64,000 bases of DNA. Origin: Curvularia clavata. Lineage: Eukaryota. The stretch covers positions 1,364,001 to 1,428,000 of the forward strand of contig CP089280.1 in the NCBI GenBank assembly GCA_023920165.1, given 5' to 3'. The notes under the pieces were generated by a model. That model made no database searches. It was not told the origin of the DNA and was given only the letters and a program-made list of their open reading frames with translations. Positions 12,301 through 23,200 of this stretch are shown here, piece by piece. The translations under genes were made by a program, and so were the position numbers. Each line of letters opens with the position of its first letter. Within the stretch, counting starts at the first letter, position 1.

Positions 12301-13956
12301 ATGGATCCAATAGCTCGCGAATACTGCAAGAGAATGGGATTCCCGGTGCCCCTGGTGCTTCGGATACACAACAGGGATGTAGAGATCAACGCTGTGAAGG
12401 CAATGGCCCGACCATCATACCACCCAACCAAAGAACGCTTGCGATTTAGCGTGGATCCAGATGCCAAAGCTACGCTCACCAGCGAAGTTGCGCAGAGTCT
12501 CTTGGAAGGTTATCTCGAAGCGTACCGTGGCGGTCAACCTGGCATCGCAGATCGACGCTTCAAGAAGCTGCAGGGATCAGCCGCAAAGTATATACTGGAG
12601 CTAGCTGACTTCCCATGCTACCCCCAGTCATCAGAGCTCAGAGCGGCATTCACATTGGAGGAACGGCGAGGCCTCGTCAAGGAGTTGGCACCACTGCGTC
12701 AAGCACACAAGGACCTCAAGGGGAACAATGACAACATGACCAAGGACATCGCTCTCGAAATTGCCAAGGCAGCCCAACTCGGTTTCGACAAGCTGATTGA
12801 ACGAGCATCGGTGGTTTGCACCACGATGTCCGTGGCCACCCAGCCTTCCTTCAACATGACACGGCGAAGCCATGCCGTCTTGCTGGAAGAGGCTGGGCGA
12901 GCTAACGACGCTGAAACTATGGGACTGTTTGGTCACTACTGGAGCGCAGACATGATCCTAGTGTCCGGAGCCACGAACCAGCTAAAACCGAGCACCTTCG
13001 GCGACGAAAAGCAGAATCCGTTCCATCATATCACTGGAACATCCACAATCTCCCGCCTAGGGGTAACCGGTGGAAACGTTAACCAGTTGATAGCGTCGTC
13101 GCGCTTTTTCAACGAAGCACTGTTCGAACTCTGCGCTGCCGTCAACAATATTCCAAAGATGGAACCTGTCGAGGGAGCTTTCGACGAAAAGGTTTCCAGC
13201 GAATATGCGAAAGTCAACAAGAGCATTTGGGGCGTCGACACAAACCTGTTGTTCATCAATACGACGTCCGTCACCCCCATGAAGAATGCAAATGGGTCAA
13301 CGTACTGCAAAGAGACCGCCGCCACTGCCATGAAGGATGCGGTGGAGCGCCTTCAATACATCGAAGGGTTTCACCATGCCATTATCACGCCGTATAACGC
13401 ACAAGTCCTCGTGCTCAGGAAAGAGCGTGACTTCGCGGCTTTCCTCGCAAGGTCCCAAGGCAAGGTGGTACTTGCAAAACGACTGATGGACATGGAGATT
13501 AGTACGATTGACTCATACATGGGACGTGACAAGATGTCCGTCACACTTGATACCACTGGCAAGATCGGGCATCTTTTCGAATATCGAAGGACGGTGGTGG
13601 CTCTGACTCGGGCACGCGTTTCGTGTGTGGTCATCGCTCCAACATACGAGTACACTATATGTACAGACAAAGTCAAAGAGAGTCACCCCCTCGTAAAGAT
13701 TATCCTCTTGATGGAAAAGAGGGGATGGATCCGTTCGCTTGGGCTCACAGAAATCCGATCTTTCTCACAGTATCAGTCCATAACAAAGGTAACTGGTCTT
13801 GGAGACGCAGAGCTGCCCCAGGTCTATAAAAAAGCGGCAACAATGGCAGCGACCGATTATAGCGGACCCTGTGAGCAAGAACAGCTAGATATCATCAGGA
13901 AGATGCAGGAACTCGACCAACGCGACGAACGCGACAATGTGAAAGGAAAGCGATAA
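9316..13956 (+). CDS. Intronless divergent UPF1-like (DNA2/NAM7, SF1B) helicase, about 1546 aa, with an unknown N-terminal region
   Basis: GPSGSGKT (11959-11982), ALQNEAVDNL, LLEEAG (EEA at 12886-12894), GATNQLKP, IITPYNAQV, TIDSYMGRDK, VALTRAR. A UPF1 1B-like segment RLMPGD..WKGRV lies upstream. First ATG at 9316. Confidence 0.88.
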   Translation: MKTDDGKDKKKPEFLEGISSEVHQEVHDVMASYVVDGDTKDLKVAKKISSSDLNFPLLIANGEDLKTCTESKPYMIPEGAMLHFKKRTLPPRSRAHAKKREAQGKQIRFNKLDTDKIFMITQRQLPMKKELRALLEDAAIKANAEGIPVWDYIMHMPEVNHGRQRSRSVPAYQPTSRRNLNREELTPDLRRTAVAHFAETAAGVGGLSYPTSEQIMTEYHRFLAKRPHRMEEDNLAPEKDDQSSNKQDNQSPAEKDTQPSNEQDDQPPANDDGWADDNGCAEGDSWATTKKSTRTPSKKITDFRDWLRFGLKWMVTVEQILQVVDKRFFVLGTGLIPVNKAFRNIKQADLDHYISLQNPPKLFNEDKEKEEDYMPPKESFAKIMRKFGERAEAYRRIFPPERSLTEVAAKAEKFKQNKEDLTRMFICTQPQHRSYGRLVHTVNYIDETTPDIQLQHVVYVDLTYENARVPPRDDTDLDYIPTHKVMDVTDPTWIPTLKKLFPQTADIDKYYDDVRTMIKLLNHRLYLMVIKHNEATCTSNLFTHKDVPEMIKDLQVMMRKSPAIFILARSSDFDQSIEKLVQQFRNLALYNPLNEFFVEVLNPSLTNKGIRPMEDLPKFTAVPQYHFSNWQEFTEQVGIGAIIEQRFAIGTHTYDGIAAVIPVPATYKRDAKLNMAYHLQVMVKYDSNKPRLMPGDSVLVDLNPKKGASVASEVVWKGRVTEPTQATPMGTVSIVIERPWKENSIADTTEYSKLEISRLRLMSPPELVKWTTENCKRGVQIFVKNDEKECKRLTGNISKMTMSKKHKIVYEEKAEMLDKMCQMLLCRDHTISAAAPLYQGIQDPERANVIEYIASLLRPHQEVIYSKWAFDGIYNKTIWLTGPSGSGKTYLATMTALPYLGGVKVSQNVINILNHEQAVYFQLQTLAEAIKAPTQAGGDVVSQSDDKCMGSCKGKKEGPKINIPKPERSDKYVTQRGRITMVALQNEAVDNLYALMDPIAREYCKRMGFPVPLVLRIHNRDVEINAVKAMARPSYHPTKERLRFSVDPDAKATLTSEVAQSLLEGYLEAYRGGQPGIADRRFKKLQGSAAKYILELADFPCYPQSSELRAAFTLEERRGLVKELAPLRQAHKDLKGNNDNMTKDIALEIAKAAQLGFDKLIERASVVCTTMSVATQPSFNMTRRSHAVLLEEAGRANDAETMGLFGHYWSADMILVSGATNQLKPSTFGDEKQNPFHHITGTSTISRLGVTGGNVNQLIASSRFFNEALFELCAAVNNIPKMEPVEGAFDEKVSSEYAKVNKSIWGVDTNLLFINTTSVTPMKNANGSTYCKETAATAMKDAVERLQYIEGFHHAIITPYNAQVLVLRKERDFAAFLARSQGKVVLAKRLMDMEISTIDSYMGRDKMSVTLDTTGKIGHLFEYRRTVVALTRARVSCVVIAPTYEYTICTDKVKESHPLVKIILLMEKRGWIRSLGLTEIRSFSQYQSITKVTGLGDAELPQVYKKAATMAATDYSGPCEQEQLDIIRKMQELDQRDERDNVKGKR
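10027..10176 (+). repeat. Coding tandem repeats in the helicase: 4 x 24 bp, then 3 x 18 bp
   Basis: EKDDQSSN/KQDNQSPA/EKDTQPSN/EQDDQPPA, then NDDGWA/DDNGCA/EGDSWA. Confidence 0.85.
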
Positions 13957-15613
13957 TGGCGTATTGCGTATGGGGTTTCGGGTCTGCATGGATGGACCTT
14001 TTGTGAGAATGGATCGAACTTCGGATAAACTTTTTTTTCGGGAACTCATTTTGCAATACCTGCCGATGTAGATTATAACTCTTCAATCACTCCTTTTAAT
14101 ACTATACTCTTGTTCAAATACGTAATTGCTTTGAGTTGGTACGCTCAGTTATTCAATATCATGAGGCTGTGGCAAATACAACGACGTGTCAGGGGTGAAG
14201 GCGGATCTTCTGGTGTGCGTTTCTGTGTTTTTACCAAGTGATTGATGGAGCCATTGAGGCAGAGGGAAGTATAATCTCTAGTATGTTCAATGGTCGCGTG
14301 GCATGATGAGCAGTGGAATAAACAACAGAATTTCAATACTATGCAGTTGTCACAAGTACCAATGGGAACCTGGCTTCTAGCTCGATATGGGTTTTCAGCT
14401 CACCAGAAGTGAATTGCAATTCAAACTATGTATTTGTCTCAGATCATGCTTTCATCAAAACCAGGACCTATCTCCTAGTGTACCTGACTGTCAAAATTTT
14501 GAGTGATGAATTGTGTAAAGATAGGTGCTTGTATTTGCCTAACGTCCCTAACACGGACATTTGAGTATCTAGTGACTTACATTGGGAGGATTAGTTTATG
14601 GTTGACTAGTACTGGTTGAAGGCTTGTATCTCTCTCAGCCTCAGAGTCTGGATCTACCGGGCTCTTTCGCTATATACATTGTGTGAAGCAAAGATTGCTG
14701 CATTCCGTTCTCATTTCTCAAAGATAAAGCGGGAGGCATGGCCGTTTATCTAGTAGTTGCTAAGTAACGATTAATTCTTACATTTCTTATATACTTCCTT
14801 GTATATGCATCTCCATCGCGGTTTATTTGGATATCGAGGCTTCAATGATCTTGTACAGTTATCGTGCCTTCGCTCAAGTTAACGATTGCACTTCACTAAC
14901 AAGATCCCTTCCTCATCTCAGCTGCAACGCATATAGCATTTCATAGGTACGACATTTGGGGAAAGTTGTAAGCATGAGCTTGGAAGAGAGATTGATCACG
15001 GCTCTTTAAAAAGCCAGCGACGAGTTGGTATCACAAATTGCATATGAAGATGAACATACGCTTTGGGGATTTCCCTTTTGTTCTTTAGACATCAATGCGA
15101 TTTAGCTAGCAATAGGCCCTTGGCCTACCGAAGATCCTGACCCGTAACAAAACTTTCGCACGCTGATCGATTGTAGCTCCTTAAGTTACTTCCATCAAAC
15201 TACGCCCGAATAACTGTAGCAAGAGCTTTGCATCATCAAATTTATGTTCGAATCATGGGGCGGTGGCAAATATAGCTGAGAGCGATCGGAAAAATAACAA
15301 CTTTTTGGATACCATGTAGTTGTCTGAGGAGCCATCACTACCAACTCATCTATTAGCATTCATCTTGGTCATTCAGAAGACTGGCTAAACAGAATCTGGA
15401 AAGCAGTACAGATCAATATCAGAAGCAGTCAGTACAGCGCGCCAATAGGGCCACGATACATCTGAGAGAATGGATGTGAGCACATGCCGCGCGGTATGCA
15501 GCAGGAAACGATTTGAGTAAGTTTCTATTCAACTCAGCAGAACACGCGAATAACCGAATCGGCGATGTCTTAGCCCATGAAGAAGGGAGTTTAGTCGATT
15601 CAATGTCTAACGC

Positions 15614-15615
<2 letters not shown>

Positions 15616-15675
<60 letters not shown>
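15616..15675. repeat. Perfect (AG)30 microsatellite
   Basis: 60 bp of uninterrupted AG. Confidence 0.99.
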
Positions 15676-15679
<4 letters not shown>

Positions 15680-16065
15680 TGCATTTGATAGCTTGTGCGC
15701 GTTCGTAAAGAATGGTGTATTTGCCACACTGACTAAACAACGTAAAGAAGATCAGCATGTTCGCCGTATTTTAGACACTCATCCGCGCTGCACGCATTTC
15801 CCATAATGCTATTTTGATGAGTCCAGCGAGATCCTGGCTCGATCTGCCAGGAAGGCACGTTACGCTACCAGCACCTGCCGTGCGAGTTTGTCCACAACAC
15901 ATGACCACCAGAAAGGATTCAGTACTCCGCCCTCGTGCATAGCAAAGCGCTCCGAGTTTGTCGCGTGGTGGTTTGTTGTGCGCCATGTCCAAGTGTTAGC
16001 AGGATGGTCTGTGGGTTTGATTTTCCTAGCAAAAAGAAAAAGACAAAAAGTAATGGTCCGACACC

Positions 16066-16075
16066 GGGTTCGAAC
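16066..16075 (-). promoter_or_regulatory. Pol III B box downstream of U6
   Basis: The minus strand reads GTTCGAACCC, about 60 nt past the U6 T-run. Confidence 0.7.
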
Positions 16076-16133
16076 ACACAACTTCACTCAATATTGAAGA
16101 TGATAGCTTTTGTCCAGTAACAACAAAATCGAG

Positions 16134-16235
16134 AAAAAAAATGGTTGCTTCTCTTTGATTATGCGTGTCATCCTTAGTGCAGGGGCCATGCTAATCTTCT
16201 CTGTATCGTTTCAAATTGACCAAATGCCCGAAGGC
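16134..16235 (-). ncRNA. U6: U6 spliceosomal snRNA
   Basis: Minus strand GCCTTCGGGCATTTGGTCAATTTGAAACGATACAGAGAAGATTAGCATGGCCCCTGCACTAAGGATGACACGCA..TTTTTTTT. Contains the ACAGAGA box, AGC triad and ISL, a 5' GCC-TTCG-GGC hairpin, an A box TGGTCAATTTG (16222-16212) and a T-run terminator. Confidence 0.98.
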
Positions 16236-16259
16236 GAAATGAAGACAAATTAAGAAAAA

Positions 16260-16266
16260 TATATAT
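16260..16266 (-). promoter_or_regulatory. TATA element of U6
   Basis: ATATATA at about -25 to -31 from the U6 start. Confidence 0.7.
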
Positions 16267-17988
16267 CCCCGCATGCAAGTAACGGATGGGTTGCCAGTAA
16301 ATCTTTCAGTTTGTGCTACTCCGCTATGAACGGGGGCGTGGGTGGGGAGCGGACGGGCACAGACCAAAATGTCGGTGTAGGGCGCCGGGAAAACGAATTG
16401 CTAGGCCGTCTGTCAAGCTGGTGTGTGCAGCACTGACTTTGCCGTGGTGGGTTCCGTACTTTGTGCTCTAAGACGGGCTCTTCGTGAGCGATCCTGTGGC
16501 GACGCATATGGTAGCAAAATCAACCCCATAGCAGGTCGAATACTTGTTGATATGCCTGCTTGCGCTGTTTGCAGTATTGCATACGTGGTATGAAGATCAT
16601 CTCATCTTCAAATACATGTTGAACTCTACACTTACAAAGTACTATTATTTGTGGCATTGTACGTGAAAAATCTCAGTGAAGGCCAAATGTTTATGATGAG
16701 TTCCTGTCTCAGTAATTTTGACAGTGAACTGGTAGCCTGGCACCCTGGCAGCGTGGGCCCCAGCCGTATTACCCGAACACGTGCCGAAACAAAGTACCAC
16801 GCAGCGCCGCCGCGTAACGTCCAAGTTCGCGCAAAGACTTGAATTCTCGATTGAAGATGACACAGATGATACGAATAGCTTGAAACTGCTGCTATACACG
16901 GGGAAAAGTATCACCTGCGGTGCTGTATCTACCGCGGTCGAGGCTTGGGTACTACTGTTGCACACCAGTCGCGCCTTCCGTTGCGCTGCACTTCCACTCC
17001 AGAACCAGCAATGACACTGGCTTCACACATCCAACACTGTACCATGCAGTGTCCTATCGCGGGCATAAATAAATAAGCTATTAATATTTTTAGATACCTA
17101 CAGAATCAATCAATGCTTTTTTGTTGTTCAGCGAACAGAACAAGAAATATTCCCTCTTGCATCATCTACGCTACATCACGCAAGATGGCTGCGACACACC
17201 AGGACAGGTTTAACAACAGACTCAACGACGTTGATGACGGTCTTGAGAGCGAGAGACTACAGAACGTCTATCCATCTACCCTCAACTCTTTTGCCAACTC
17301 CACGTAGTCGATAATATAGAAGTGTATATTCCTATTCCCTTGGACCCCCAAGAATTCCAGGAGACTGTAGGAATAAGAACATCGCATACCAAATCGACAA
17401 AACATTGCATCCACAAATTGTTCACAACCTCCCATACCTCAGTGTGAAAATCACTATTAAACTTCCAAGCGCAACCTTATTTCTGCGAACCATACCTATC
17501 CCACACCTCCACAGTTGCTCTCTTACCCCACACGGCCTAGCACGAAACGGGCCGGGAGCAACAATCACGACATCCCACCCCTCGATTTCGTATTGCGCGC
17601 CCCTCGGAGCAGCCCACGTTTGCATCCCTCAAAATGCCCAGCATGTCATATAGCCACATTCATTGGCAGAAATCGGCTTTTAGGATCGGATATGGTGCCC
17701 TTATCTCTCTCAATGATGCACAACTACTCCACGCAGGACGCTTGCAACAAGGGTTCGCAAGTCAACTATGATGCACTCGAGTGCTCAAGCCACGTTCTTG
17801 CATCATTTTGGAGGACAAGGGAGGTGCAAAGGTGGGTCTGATGGACGTTGGAGTAAGTTCGCGACGGGATAAATAGGTTCGGGGTAATCATTTCCCTGGT
17901 CCTGTGTTGTGTGACAACGCCAATTAATGTTTTTTGGAACGTCGAGACGTCGTAAATAAAGAGAAGACAAGTAAGAGGTGGCAAGATC

Positions 17989-19756
17989 ATGGCGGAGGAT
18001 AAACGCGACGCGGAACATGCACTCTCCAATACCAGTTTGTCGGATTCTGCTGAAGTCATTGGGAGTACTGGACCAGTAAACGAGAAGAAATTGCTGAGGA
18101 AACTCGATTTGAGACTGCTTCCTGGAGTGTCGATATTGTATCTGCTTTCTTTCTTGGATCGCAGTAATGGTAAGATCCCTCTGTTCCTACTAGTTTTTTC
18201 CTAGAAATCCAAATACTGACAATCTCAGTCGCCAACGCACGCATCGAGGGCCTCGCCGCCGACCTGCACATGACAGGGAACCAATATCTCACTGGCCTGA
18301 CTCTTTATTTTGTCGGCTACGTCCTGTTCGAGATACCGTGCAACATTATACTCAAGCGGACGACGCCCAGGTTCTGGCTACCGACGCTGACAGTGGCGTG
18401 GGGAATCGTTGCGACGCTGATCGGCGTCACGCAGAACTTGACCGGATTCTTTATTGTGCGATTTTTGTAAGTTTATACCATTTTCCAATTTTTACATGTC
18501 CATCTTCCAAAACGTGTCAAGGGAAACAATGAGCTAACACACCCAAAGTCTCGGTGTCACAGAATCCGGCCTCTTCCCCGGCGTCGTATATTACCTGAGT
18601 ATGTGGTATAAGCGCAACGAGCGACAATATCGTATCTCGCTGTTTTTCAGTTGTGCCTCTCTCGCCGGAGCATTCGGTGGTGTATGTTTAATCCCAACTC
18701 CCCTCAGTAACTTGACACGAAGCTGACGTCTAAACAAGATTCTGGCCTGGGGCATTGCCCACATGAACAAAGTAGGCGGACTAGCTGGCTGGCGTTGGAT
18801 ATTCCTCCTTGTAAATTCCCAAACCCTTCTAATCTCCAAACCATTCTGACTGTCCTATAGGAAGGTATCGCCACCGTAGTCATCGGCGTCGCAGCCTATT
18901 TCTTCATATCCAACTACCCGTCCACCGTCTCCTGGCTGACCCCCTCTGAACGCACATTCCTCCAATCCCGACTCAGCGCCGACAGCGACGCCACCGACGA
19001 CGAAGCCTTCTCCTGGTCGCAGGTTCTCCTCGCGACCAAAGACATCAAAGTCTGGCTTTACGCTTTCGGCTTCCACACATTGAGCTTACCACTCTACACT
19101 TTATCCCTCTTCCTTGTACGTCACCCTGTCCCCTCCCCTCCCTTTCAACGAAGCTGACATTCTCACAGCCCACAATTATCAAAGACATGGGCTACACATC
19201 CGCCCACTCTCAACTCCTCACCATTCCCCCCTACGCCCTCGCCACTCTCTTCACCATCGCCGTCGCCATTCTCTCCGAGCGCCTTGCCCGCCGCGCCGCC
19301 TTCATCCTCTCCACTTCTTCCCTCGCTATAATCGGGTACATTATCCTGCTCGCGAACAAGCATCCGCGCGCTCGTCCCGGCATCTCTTACCTCGGTACTT
19401 TCTTCGCGGCCTGTGGTATTTATCCTTCTGTCGCGCTCATCCTGTGCTGGCCTGCTATCAACGTGAGTGGGCAAACGAAGCGGGCAACGGCGAATGCGCT
19501 GCAGATTAGTGTGGGGAATTTGGGTGCCGTGCTGGGAACGCAGTTGTATAGGGCGAATAGTGGGCCGAGGTATGTGCTGGGACATGGGTTCGCGCTGGGT
19601 TATCTGGCGCTGAATCTGGTGGTCGTGAGTACGTTGTGGGTGGTGCTGGTGAGGGAGAATAAGGAGAAGGAGAGGGTGGTGAGGGAGGCGGGTGATAGTG
19701 CTGGGGAGGATAAAGCGCTGGGGGACAGGCATCCCGAGTGGAGGTTTCAAGTGTAG
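17989..19756 (+). CDS. MFS transporter, allantoate/nicotinate (Dal5/Tna1, ACS) family
   Basis: LLRKLDLRLLP..LSFLDRSN, FEIPCN, ESGLFPG..YLSMWYKR.E...R, GWRWIF, QLLTIPPY, GQTKRAT. Multiple short introns. Confidence 0.92.
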
Positions 19757-20247
19757 AGGCCGATTGAGTCTGAGATTGTCGGTAGAAGGAGTCTGCCTAG
19801 AGAGATGGATTCGAGAGGTGAATGTGTACACATGTATAACTATTCTCTCATGCAAACCTCCTCTAAATAGATCCATTTACTCCGCAAGGGTATCTATGCT
19901 ACGTACGCCTGTAAAGCACAAAAAACGAACAAGATGCCTTTCAAAAGCATGCTCGGAACGCTTCGCAGGTCCAGCCTTAACCCCACGCTTCGTACGGGTA
20001 TATTCTTAAAACTGCAACATGCAGATGCTCTTGCGTGCGTTCATCGTATATATGTAACCATCTACGTGTCTGTCCTTGCGCTTCCAAAAAGCCAGCCGAA
20101 GCCTCCACTAGGAAAATGGATATAAAAGAAACTAAAAAAGAACGCCATGCAAATGCAACCATAGCCCTCCATGCATTTTAGACCCACGCTGTTTTCTTCA
20201 TCGAGGCTAGAACGCTAACAATACTTCATCATAAACAAGGGCATTAT

Positions 20248-23200
20248 TTAGATGCGCCCGCCTTCTACAATCTTCCTACCAATCAACTCCAACTCACCAC
20301 TCTCTGCAGTGCGCCTGCGCTCAAGAACCCATCTTCCTTCTCCAGCCTCGTCGTGCTCACGGACATATGTCACACTGTCTGCGGAGCTGCCCTTCCTACT
20401 GTGACCACGGTTCCAGCCCCCACTGCTGCCGCCATTAGGCGTGAGTGGAGACGAAGTCGAGACGGGACTGAGGACTGCACTTGGTCTCCGTGCGCCAGGC
20501 GTGGAGCTTGCTGGTGCGGTTGGTGAGGAGAGTGCAGTGTCGATTGGGGGTAGGTTGGGCGGCCGATTGTAGTTCTGCGTTGGGAATGGCGAGGATAGTG
20601 CCATGGGGAACGGCGACATTGGGAGGGCGATATTCGAGGGCGATGTGACAGACAAGCCGGTCGGCGACATGGCCATGCTCAAGTTGTGCTGAGCAAACAG
20701 CTCAGATATCGGGGGCAAAAGCGGCGCTTCGTTTCCAGCGGCATACATACCCGGACTTGGGAGGCCATTGTAGTCGTTGTTGACCTGAGGACCCTCCAGC
20801 CGCTCGCCGCCGCTGGGACTATCATCGCTGGAGTGACCGGATTCATACGCGCCATTAACAGCATCCACGGGGCTCTCGTCGCTACTGCTGTTGTGTTGGT
20901 TCTTAGGAAAGTATGGATTTTCTACAGGGCTGGACGAATGCTCCATCATGCGGTTGCCAGCAGGAGTCGTGGCTCGAGGAACGAATTGCATGCCCATGGG
21001 AGACGAGGTGCGCGGACTGTTAGATACGCTTGCCGGTAAGCTGGCAGCGCTGCCACCAAAAGCTCCTTTCCTCAACTTCAGTAACGAATCCATGCTCATA
21101 TCTTCTTCATCTTGACCGAAAAATCCACCGTATGGACTCATGCGGGCAAGTTGTGCTAGCGCAGGACTGGTAATTGCGGATTGCCCGTCTCGGAACTGGT
21201 TGAGACTGATAAAGGAATTGCGCGTGCTGTATTCACTTCGCTCCGTGATCGGGGTCAAGTTGGGCTCCCTCACAGCGTTGCGTCCACTGACAGTTCGACC
21301 GACCCCAGAAGGCCCAAAGAAACCGCCCCAAGCACTTGGTGACTCGCCAACTGCGGATGCATAAAAGCCGAATTCTTGCCCATAGAAGCCTTCGTCGTCA
21401 TATGCTAGTGCCTCGGCATTTGCTGCAGCGATGATTGGATCGTCTTCCAGAGCCGAGTCAAAGTCGCTGTAGTCATAGTCGTCGACAAAGCCTGAACTCA
21501 TGCCGTAGATGTCGTCGTCCTGTGGGAAGCTGACCGTGTCCATGCTGAAACGGCCATCGTCAGGCACCAAGCTGGGCCTCGACTGACTGTCAGAAGAAGG
21601 GCCCTCAGGATCAGAGGGAGGTTGGCCTGCATCTACGCTTGCCTTCCTATCAAATCGGCCGGCAGCCTCGGCGCGAATGGCTGCATCTGCAAGCGCACTG
21701 TGGTAAGCGGTGAGATCCCCAAAGGTGGGCCCAGCCATTTGCTGTACAATGGAGTTCTTGTGGGCGAGAGACGGGTTTGACTTGTCTAGATTTTGAGAAA
21801 CGGCATCATCGTCTGCCTCATAGCCAGTCTCGGAGTTCAAGATGTCGTATGGGCGAGGTTGGTGGATAGCCGATTGTCCGTCCGTAGGCAATTTGACCTT
21901 CCTGTCAAAGAGTGGTCCGTCGGGATCATCAAATATGCTCTCATCAAATTCCGTTGGTCCAACATCATCCTGGTCGCCAATAAGACCGTCGTCAAAGTAC
22001 ATGTCGTCATCGTCGTCGAGGTCGATTCTGCTCGATACTGGCTGATTACTACCAGCAGGGGCAGCTTCTGTAGGTGCATCCGTTGACTTGACTGGTGATG
22101 AGTCGTCAAGCTCACCTTGGGTGTTGCTCAGACCCAGTCCATGTGTCTGGGTGTCTGTCACATTTTCCTCGCCAATCTGGTTACCCATATATGGCATCTG
22201 GTACTGTTGGAACATGTTTCCTGGTATGGCGAGCCCAATAGGATTACCATTCATGTCTACGGGTATCGGCATTTGTCCAAGCGCATAATTCATCGGGTTC
22301 ATGTTTGGTTGTATCGACAGAGACGAAAACTCAAGGCCATTGATGCCAGAGTCGAGCGTCTGGTTGCCCAATCCACCCGAGAAGTCATCGTCTTCACCAA
22401 GCATGGGTATTTCCTCATCAAAGCCGCCGTCCATGTCGTCGTAGTCATCCATGCCATATTCATCGTAGTCATCTTCGACCGAGTTGGTGGAGAGGCGTGC
22501 CTGCTTCTTCTCCGCTTCTTTTGCCTTGTGTCGCTCCTCGAGCAGCTTTTCCTGTGCAGAGTCGGTACCGCCGGAAATCTGGAAACTGAACCTAGAGGCT
22601 TTACTACTGTAGCGGGCGGGAGGTCCATCTGATTGGAGATTGGGGTCAGTGACAGATGCGGCCCTTGACCGTGCTGGTGGCATCGTTTTTGTTGATTTCT
22701 TCTTCCGTGGCGTGACATCTGTGGAGATGTCTGATGGATCTTCCGACTCTTGCACTGGTGACAGAAGTGAATTTGCGCCATCGATTGCTTGGAACGAAGG
22801 ACGAGGCGGCGGCGATGATTTTGGTGGCGGTATTTGTGGCGGTAGTTGGGTCGGTGATAACGATGGAGAGGTTTTAGGGGGCATGGGAGGGAGAGGAGAC
22901 TGTTCAGGTAGAGGAAAGTGGGCAGAATTTCTTGCCAAAAAGTCCTTGTTTGCCAGATTTTCTGCTCTTATCGCAGCCTGCGACTGCTCGTAGCTGGTGT
23001 CATCATCAAAGTGCTCGCGGAAAACCGGTGTATGCTCCCTGTCTATCTTTGGAGGACTGGCGCGAGCAACCTCGGGTTGGACCTCGCCTCCCTCGGATGA
23101 TGTATTGTAGGAGTAATTTCTGTTGAGTCTTGGTGCATTGAAGTCGTGCACAATCTTTCCGCGAATACTCGGGTCGTAATTGTCTGGCATGGGCGGGAGG

